A stretch of 59,239 nt of DNA, counting the filler, from Jimgerdemannia flammicorona (lineage: Eukaryota), in NCBI GenBank assembly GCA_003990765.1. It is 2 parts of 2 records of this genome, joined end to end, with 100 filler letters (N's around TTAATTAATTAA, not from the genome) between each part and the next. Parts side by side here need not be neighbours in the genome. Positions count along the whole stretch, not along the records: positions 29,675 to 59,239 come from RBNJ01000485.1; 1 more part is not named here. The stretch is one strand, 5' to 3'. This document shows, piece by piece, positions 51,120-59,239 of this stretch. The stretch's first letter is position 1. Each line of letters starts with the position of its first letter. A program made the position numbers and the translations under genes. The notes under the pieces are model-generated. The model was given only the letters and a program-made list of their open reading frames with translations, made no database searches and was not told the DNA's origin.

Positions 51120-52272
51120 TACTATCAAACTGCCCACTATAGCCAACCTCTTATAAGCCAGATTAACCATATTTTCAGATATATCCAGATTTCTATCTAA
51201 GGAAGAAACTGCTGCTTCAAGAACCTTAACTAGTACTCTCAATAAATTGAATTAAAGGTCTCATTTAATTTGATTTAAATTGAATCAAGGTCCAATTTGA
51301 TTTAAGATTTGATTTGAATACTATTTTTTGAAATATATATAATAACTTGACAAAAATATGTTTAAATTTAAAATCTTTAGCTTGTTAGATTCCTCTATAT
51401 AAGAGAAATATAACAATATAACAAGCTAAAAATTGTTAAATTTGGATATATTTTCATTGAGTATTATATTTCCTAAAATAGAGTTCAAATTAGACCCTTA
51501 ATTTGATTTGAATTCAATTCAATTTGAACTTAATTTGAATTGAAAAATTCCCAATTCAATTCATTTAAAAGTACTACTCTTAACCTCATCAATCAGGATC
51601 TGGGATATTATATATATCCTCAACTACTATAAAGTTATAGACAGAGTCTATCTTACTACCAGCTATCTAAAAATCTGATATAAATATGAAAATGTATACT
51701 AACTTCTCTAATGGGTATAGGACCTAACTGTTGACTAAGTTACTAACTGGGTCTATCTAGATAGATATGAGTAAAGACTGGCTAAGAAGATTTATCAAAT
51801 TATATAGTATATATCTTAGGTAATCTCCAATCTCAACTATATATAACTGAAGGACTCTCGGAGCTTCCTCTTTCTCAAGGTTGATATACTTAAGATTAAA
51901 GTAGCCAAAGAAGCCTACTTCTGAATTACTCTTAAGTTCACTAACTATGAACTCTACTAGAGTTCTCTTTTGAATGATAACTTAGACCAATAGCTCTAAG
52001 ATCTTTCTGACCTTTTTGAAGAATCACTCACCTGAATAAATATCCTCAGATATAACCAATAAGTTCTCTACTTGGATAATCCCAACTATATTAGATAGAG
52101 GATCTCTACCCCAATACCTATAGATATATAAGAACTATTTGCAGACCTCATTGACTTCTCTATATTTAACACCAAGTCAGTAACTATCCCTCTCACTGCT
52201 AAGTAGAAAGGTGATAGTAATGTAGATAAGAAAAAGAATATTCCAACCCCTCTCCTAGTACTTAATTTCTAA
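51120..52272 (+). pseudogene. Diverged homologue of the LTR-encoded accessory protein, split by a MITE
   Basis: YILNYYKVIDRVYLTTSYLKI*YKYE, RLAKKIYQII*YIS*VISNLNY, KVAKEAYF*ITL, LLNDNLDQ*L*DL, FADLIDFS and PLLVLNF* are collinear with FILYCHEMETRITITTECLQMWQEYE, RTAKKIHQIFRHAPWSIPNLEY, RVATEARSTITL, ILQDNPDQFLQGL, FADLISFS and PMVLNFLL. Confidence 0.8.
51231..51576. mobile_element. Older copy of the hAT-type MITE
   Basis: TAGTACT..AGTACTA ends, internal similarity to 41184-41629, and flanks (AC/CT)CTTAAC. Confidence 0.8.
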
Positions 52273-52879
52273 ATCAATGCAGATATTACTTTTTAAAAAA
52301 AGAGAGATATAATAGAATGAATAGTTGAGATATATATAATGAATAATTATAACCAGTAATATTATAGTAATGATATTATAATTAAGTAACATATGCTGAA
52401 TAATAAATAATATAAATAATGAATAATATAGATAAATAATATTCAGCTTATCTTCAGTAACTGGTACTATAGTAATTACTATAGCAACTATTCATTATCT
52501 AATAATTTATAGTATAAAGATCCTGATTACAAAGGTCCTGATCACAAAGATCCTGATCACAAAGATTATCTATAATTACTAAATTAGTTACTCATACTTA
52601 GCCAGAAATTACAAACTAACTTATATAAATACTTCTAGCATTCTATTCAAAATAAAGTAGTTTTAGTTCAGTCCTTAATATAAGAATCAAGTTCCCCCTC
52701 TATATATATATATTCTCTTGAGTCTTAGTAAAAACATCTAAGTAACTCTAGTATTTCTGACTAAACTCCAGAAACCTAGCTAACTTCTATCAGAACTAAA
52801 AACTGATATATAAATTCCAAAGACTTAAAAAAAACTATTATTGAATCTAAATTCTAAGGCAAATTCAGTTTGCATATAA

Positions 52880-54428
52880 TATTATGTAGTAGTCACTGAG
52901 TCCTTCAAATACATCAGATTCTCTTCAAGGTGTATCTCTTAGACTAACTCAAGTTTGTTATAAGCAAGTTCTTATTGGAGTGCCTTCTTAAGATCTTATA
53001 GTACTCAAACTTCTTATCTTTAAACTGTCTTGTTATCTCTTAGATTACTTGCAAGAGATTGTGTATAAGTGAACTAGAACTAACTTTATTTTAGAGGAAA
53101 TAAGAAGAGTATTTATACAAAATATAATTCAATGGTTGCTAAGATATAAAGCTATATATAAATTCCAATAACCAAATAAAAATGCCAGGACATGGAAAAC
53201 TGCCAAGTTCCAGGGTCAGTACAGATGGTTGCACAGGTTCAGGATGCTGGTATAATTTTGGTAATATAGAAAAATGGTGTTGAAATAATTCTGAGTTACA
53301 TCAGAATACTGGTAGAGGAACAGCTGTTACACAGAAAAAGAGTACTGGCATAATTCAGTGTAACCAAGGAACTTAGAGCAGAATGTTCAGGACTATAGGA
53401 GTTTCATCTTCATCAGAGGTCAGGATGTCTTTGAAGGAGATGAGATCTGCAAATATCTTGTCTGTCTCATTATTGTCACATAGGTTATGCATTTCATGTA
53501 TATTACATAGGATGATGTCATTGCTGATGATGTCATCATGTTTGGCAGAGAAATCAGTGGCTCTCCAATCTATGAGATTCTCTTCCACAAAATAGGGAAC
53601 AAATGTAAAGTCTTGGGGAGGTCTAATCTGGATACTTGGGCCTTAGAATACTGAGTTCAATCCTTGCAAGAATTGATCTGAGTTGTCCTGGAGGATGGGA
53701 TGCCTGAAGTCTTCTACTTCATCACTATTGAGGGAAATAGTGGACTGGGCTTCTGTAGTCACTCTGGCTTCTAGTACATTGATATGGCAGGCTGACAGGT
53801 CTCTGAAGTCTGAGACTCTAATATATTCTAAGTTGGAGATCAACCATAGTGCATGCCTGAAGATCTGATGAATCTTCTTAGCTATCCTTGCTTCACATAT
53901 ATCTATAGGAGTAGCATTTTGTAACTCTTGAGGGCTAGCCTGTGGGAACTTCCAGCAGAAAAGGTTTTCTATTTTGTACTCCTGCCATATTTGGAGGTAT
54001 TCGGTAGCAATGGTGATCCTTGTGACAGTAGAGGATATAATGATAAGGGTCACCAGTACCCAGGTTGACACTAGGAGTCCTTCTTGTACAGGTCCTCAAG
54101 GCTCTTCTGATGTCTTGGAATATCCTTTCTTCAACTGAGATGCCTTAGTGATTTCTTGACCTTGAGGTTTGGTGAGCAGCAGGCATTTCATTTGTAGTAA
54201 GTCTTTGAGCTATTTTGGGATTGGTGGACCTTGTTAGTTGCTGCTACTGTGGTTTCTTGATCCTTCTTTTATATTCCCCAAGATATCCATACTGTGGTCA
54301 CAATGATTCACAGTTGGTCATCATTGCTTATCTTATATGCCATATGATCTTCTTGTGCTCTGATCTGGTGGCTTGCAAGGAAAGACTGTCTCTTGTACTG
54401 ATGTCATCATTCTGAGATCACTATTACA
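52880..54428 (-). mobile_element. Solo LTR (1549 bp) of the dUTPase-Gypsy family
   Basis: Starts TGTAATAG (minus strand) at 54428, with a 4-bp TSD ATAA on both sides. Contains the decayed ORF 53373-54186. Confidence 0.9.
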
Positions 54429-54785
54429 ATAAATAAAGAATAAGTCTCTTATAATTATTATTATTTAAGAAAGAGCATTACTGCTACAACTACTTCTAAG
54501 TAAGTACTTTCTCACACTAAGACTTCTTAGTATACTTATATACTAAGTCTCTAAGTAATTTTTCTACAATATCCTAATTATCTAAGAATAAGAGATGAAT
54601 TAAGAAAGAGTTATTATAAGTGAATTAGTGGTGACAAAATCAGTTATGTATTCTAATCTTTTATAAATAGCTTATAATTATCTTATTATTTCAGCAATAT
54701 CAGTTCTATCTAATTTTTTTTTTTATTACTAATAAGCTAGTAACTGAGTATCAAAATAGCTTATATATAAATATATATAATTTAT

Positions 54786-57700
54786 TGTCACATAGTGGTC
54801 ACTGAGTCCTTCAAATATATCAGATTCTCTTCAAGGTATATCTCTTAGACTAACTCAAGTTTGTTATAAGTAAGTTCTTATTAGAGTGCCTTTCCAAGGT
54901 CTTATAGTTCTCAAACTTCTTATCTTTAAACTGTCTTATTATCTCTTAGATTGCTTGCAAGGAAGTATGTATAAGTGAACTTAACTGACTTTATTTCAGA
55001 GAAAATAAGAAGGGTATTTATACAAAATATAATTCAATGGTTGCTAAGATATAAAGCTAAATATAAATTTCAATAACTAAAATAAAATACCAGGATATGG
55101 AAAACTGCCAAGTTCCAGGATCTGTACTGATGGTTTCACAGGTTCAGGATACTGGTATAATTTTAGTAATATAGGAAAATGGTGCTGAAATAATTCAGTA
55201 TTACATCAGAATGCTGGTGGTGGAATAGCTATTACACAGGAAAAGGGTGCTGGTATAATTCAGTATAACTGAGGAACTTAGAGCAGAATATTCAAGACCA
55301 TAGGGGCTTCATCCTCATCAGAGGTCAGGATGTCTTTGAAGGAGATAAGGTCCACAAATTCATTGTTATTGCATAGGTCACGCATTTCGTGTATGTCATG
55401 TAGGATGACATCATCACCAATAACATCATCACATTCGGTGGTGGTGGGAACAAGGAGGTCTGGAGCTCTCCAGTCTATGAGATTCTCTTCCACAAAATAG
55501 GGGACAAATGTGGAGTGTTGGGGAGGTCTAACCTGGATGCTTGGACCTTGAAATACTGAGATCAATTCTTGCAGGAATTGGTCTGGGTTGTTCTGGAGGA
55601 TGGGATGCCAGAAGTCTTCTACTTCATCACTGTTGAGGGCGATAGCGAACTGGGCTTCTGTAGCCGCTTCTTGTAATACTCCTGCTTCAATTCATTTGGT
55701 AAAGAGGTCTATAATAACTATAATATAGCAGTTTCCTGATAGTATTACTGATAGTGGCCCAATAATATCCATTGCAATGTGGTGGAAGGGGATAGGCTCA
55801 ATTCTTGATGACTCAGGTGCCTGGTCATACTGATCTTGTTTCTGTTTTTGGCACTTGTTACACCCTTTGACAAATTGGCACAGGTCTTCTTCTATCTTGA
55901 GCCACCACATGGTTCTTCTTGCCTTGTTGTATGTGTTGGTTCCTCCTAGGTATCCTTGTTCATATACTTCCTTCATTACTTGATACTTCTTGTATTTGGG
56001 TATTACAAGCTTTTCTCCTTTCCTGAGTATGGTGTTGTCTAGTTCAAACTGTTTCCAAGTCCAGTTAATGATGGTGATTGTCCAGGGTTTGAGGTAATTA
56101 GACATCTTCCACTGCCTAAGATAGCTGATTAATCCATAGTATAGCTCTTTATTCATGTTGAATAGTCTTGATGGGGGTATTTCAGAGTATCTTTGAGAGT
56201 GCATCAGCATTGGTGTTGGTTCTTTCTGAGCAGTACTTAACAGTACAGTCATACTCTTGCAGCCTGTAGATCCATCTAGCATATATTCCTTTGGGGTTCA
56301 GAGTGTGAAATAGCCAGGCAAGAGCAGAATGGTCTGTTTGAATAGTGAAGTGTTTCCTGACTAGGTAGTAGTAGAACTTGTCTACTGCCCAAACTACTGC
56401 TAAGCATTTGAGCTTGCATGACCCATAGTTCTGTTCTGCTCTGCAGGTACCTCAGCTTGCATAGGAGATGACATATTCATATTCATCTTTCTTCTGAGCT
56501 AGGACTGCTTTAAGTCCTATAGCACTTGCATCTGTCTGCAGGATGAACTCTAGATTCCAATCTGGTCCTCTGAGAATGGGTGCTTGGGTCAACCTGGTCT
56601 TGAGTTCATTGAAGGTTTCTTAGTGTTCTTTGGTCCATTTGAATTTGGTTTCCTTCTTCAGTAGCTCATAGATGGGTGCTGCGATATTGGAGTATCCTTT
56701 GATAAATCTTCTGTAGTAGGAGGCCAGTTCAAGGAAGGCATAGACTTCTGTGGTTATCCTAGGTCTCAGGTAGGCTACAATAGCCTCAATCTTCATGAGG
56801 TCTGTAGGATTTCAAGCTGGTTGATGAGGTGTCCTAGGTAGGTAATTTCCTGAGCTGCAAACTTGTATTTCTTGGGCTTGATGTAGAGGCCATGCTCCTT
56901 GAGCTTCTTGAGGGCTAGCTGTATGTGGTTGATATATTCCTGTGCAGTATTGCTGAAGATGATCACATCATCAACATAGACAAAGAGCCATTTTCTAATC
57001 TCATTGCTAAAGACTCTGTTTACCATTCACTGAAAGCTTGCTGGGATATTGCACATTTCAAATGGCATTTGCAGGTAGATATAGGTGGTATCAGATATAA
57101 TGAAGACTGATTTCTCACTAGTATCTTGAGTGAGACCAATCTGATGGAAGCCTGAGAACAAATCCAAGGTGGTGTAGTATTTGGCTTCACTTCCAAGGGT
57201 AGTAAGAATTTATTGAATATTTGGCAAGGGCTGTCTATCCTTCTTGGTAATTGTATTGAGCTTCCTATAGTCAATACAGAGTTTTGGCACAAACTCTCCA
57301 GGCTTGCTTCCTTTCTTTGGGGTGAGGACAATGAGTGAAGCCCAGGAGCTGATAGCTTGCTTGATAATTCTGACTTCTTCCATTTTCTTGAGTTCTGCTC
57401 GCAGTCATTCTCTATAGGCAGATAGTATAGGTCTGGCTTTCTGGTAGATGGGCTTGGTATCACCAGTGTTAACTTCATGGTAGTACTTGGGTTCTTGATT
57501 GTAGATATCCCTGAAGTCTGTAGCAAGTACTCCTTCATTCTGGTGCAGGATCTTGAGAAGTTGTTCTTTCAGGAGAAAGTTTTCTCCAATGGTATATGTG
57601 TGCTTATTCTGGTTCTTGTCTTTCTTATGCTCAAGTTTGGTGATTTTGGTGGCAGCATAGACTCCTCTTCTAATAGATCCAAAGCCTTGTTCTGCTCTCT

Positions 57701-59239
57701 TGGTCTTGATGAGTTCAATGGCTTCAGTGATCTTGGGCTTCTTGATTTTATAGATCAGTATCTGGCCAATCCTGTCATGCTTCTTGATTTCAAATAGGGT
57801 GGTGAGGTTGTGATTTCTGACTATGAGAAATATCTTGCCAGTATAATCAGGGTTAATTACTCCTCCTTCCACTGAGATTTCACTTTTGGCCAGACTGCTC
57901 CTGATCTTGATAATTCCAGCATAGTTCTCTGGCAGCTTGACTCCAATTCCAGTATCAAGTAGAGTGGTGGTCTGTGGTTCGAGAGTAGTATCTTGAATAC
58001 TGGCAAGGTCCATTCCTATGGCTTCTTCAGTCTTGTATTCTGGGATCTTGACTTTGGGGTGAAACATCTTGACCTTGAGGGTAATGTCTGGTTCTCATTC
58101 CTTCTCATTATCACTGTCAGCTTGAAGCTCAGGGGGCTGGTCATCTTCTTCAGCTTTCCTTTTTGCTTTGGTGGTTTCTTACTCATGCTTCTGTTAGTGG
58201 ATTTTCCTAACTTCACTGATATAGGACCAGCAGTCATTCAGGTGTTCAGAGCAGTACATCCTAGTACTATGAGGGTATCTTTCTTGAGGGGCATAGCTAT
58301 TGATGATCTTGTTGTACCACTGCTCATCTGTGAGCTTGGGTGTCTTGGAGGTAATGGGGATGATTGTCTGTTTATGACTATAGTGGGTATGATACTAGTT
58401 GGCTTTGATGGCTCTATCTTGATGCCAGTTATTTTCTCTATTAAGTGTTCAGTAGGGTGTCTGACAGTCTAATATCTCTGTGTAAAGACCACTTTCTGAT
58501 CAAGGGTCAGTACAGCTGGAGTAGACCAGATTGCTAGGGCAATTTCAAGGTGAACTCCTTTGAGGAAGGTTGAATCTGCTATTTGTTCCTTGAGGGTATC
58601 ATTATAGCCAGCCAAGACAATTTGGTAGCAGATTTGGATATAGAATGAGTTAGAATCTTTACTGAGTCTCTGGCAGATAATATTGAGTTGATCCTTGAGA
58701 GCTTGCTTAATCTCTTCAGTATAGTATATTGTTCTGAGGAAGGCCTTTATGTTGGCAAGTTTGGCTGTGCCATTATCAGCAATAGTGACTGCATTGAACT
58801 TGTCTCTGACAGGTCCTCTGAGGCTGACTGATAGAAGGGCCAATTGTGCATCCACACTAAGGGCTTGTATGGCAGTGAATTGTTCAAAGTCTTTAATGAA
58901 GGTCAGGATTGACTCTTCAGTAGTATATTCATAGAATGTGTGGGGACACATTTCTATCTTATCTTGAATTCTTGTAGGGGTGACTCTTATAGTCAGAGTA
59001 GTTGTTGTGGTGATTATTCATTTTTTAGCTTAAAAGTGAGGAATTCATCTTGAATTACTAGCTAATGGGCACCAAGTTATCATATAGTGGTTGCTGAGTC
59101 CTTCAAATATATCAGATTCTCTTCAAGGTATATCTCTTAGACTAACTCAAGTTTGTTATAAGCAAGTTCTTATTGGAGTACCTTCCCAAGGTCTTATAGT
59201 CCTCAAACTTCTTATCTTTAAACTGTCTTATTATCTCTT
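54786..59239 (-). mobile_element. Ty3/Gypsy element B with two internal deletions: 5' LTR (59078-end), PBS, gag, dUTPase, RT, RNase H, partial integrase, partial 3' LTR (54786-55665)
   Basis: RT YVDD, RNase H LQTDAS, integrase C..CQK..PFHHIAMDIIGPL, dUTPase GMDL..RSSLA..RAEQGFGS. The Zn knuckle and protease are deleted at ~58345, and integrase is fused to the LTR ORF at ~55665. Confidence 0.93.
57670..58067 (-). pseudogene. dUTPase domain in Gypsy element B pol
   Basis: EAIGMDLAS..IRSSLAKS..GGVINPDYTG..DRIGQ..KRAEQGFGS. Confidence 0.9.

Larger units (their letters stand above)
48650..52877 (+). mobile_element. Heavily mutated chromovirus: RNase H, integrase, chromodomain, accessory ORF, PPT and putative 3' LTR (from 52308)
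   Basis: DIEIKYISDKINYIADG (RNase H end), IIVFIDCISK*AHF, SD*DTKF and PQTDGQ (integrase), FEIEKVLD..FFLIK*KNYP (chromodomain, ~50370-50510). A purine tract at 52295-52307 is followed by TATAATAG (cf. TGTAATAG). An RT fragment at ~48650-48780 lies inverted. Confidence 0.75.

Overview
This is eukaryotic DNA, most likely from an early-diverging fungus (Mucoromycota-like; inferred from short GT-AG introns, a WD40-like/TRP gene and the transposon content). Two contigs are joined by an artificial N44-TTAATTAATTAA-N44 linker at 29575-29674. Bases ~0.8-11 kb form a CpG-rich gene island. It holds a decayed NB-ARC/TPR (NLR-type) gene and an intact 9-exon gene for a 1305-aa SPRY / beta-propeller-like / TRP-like channel protein. 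From ~11.9 kb onward the window is a CpG-depleted, transition-mutated field of nested transposons. It contains TSD-flanked retrocopies of histone H4 mRNA and U6 snRNA, three L1/Tx1-type LINEs, a TSD-bounded hAT element, hAT-type MITEs, chromovirus relics and a dUTPase-bearing Ty3/Gypsy family. The hAT element carries a second, divergently oriented gene and twin hairpins. The top finding is that the ~1.55-kb LTR of the Gypsy family encodes a 272-aa orphan protein in U3, intact at 29870-30688. A decayed homologue sits between pol and the PPT of a chromovirus (51120-52272), and a more remote candidate lies at 22067-23002. This suggests a retrotransposon accessory-gene family shared across lineages.
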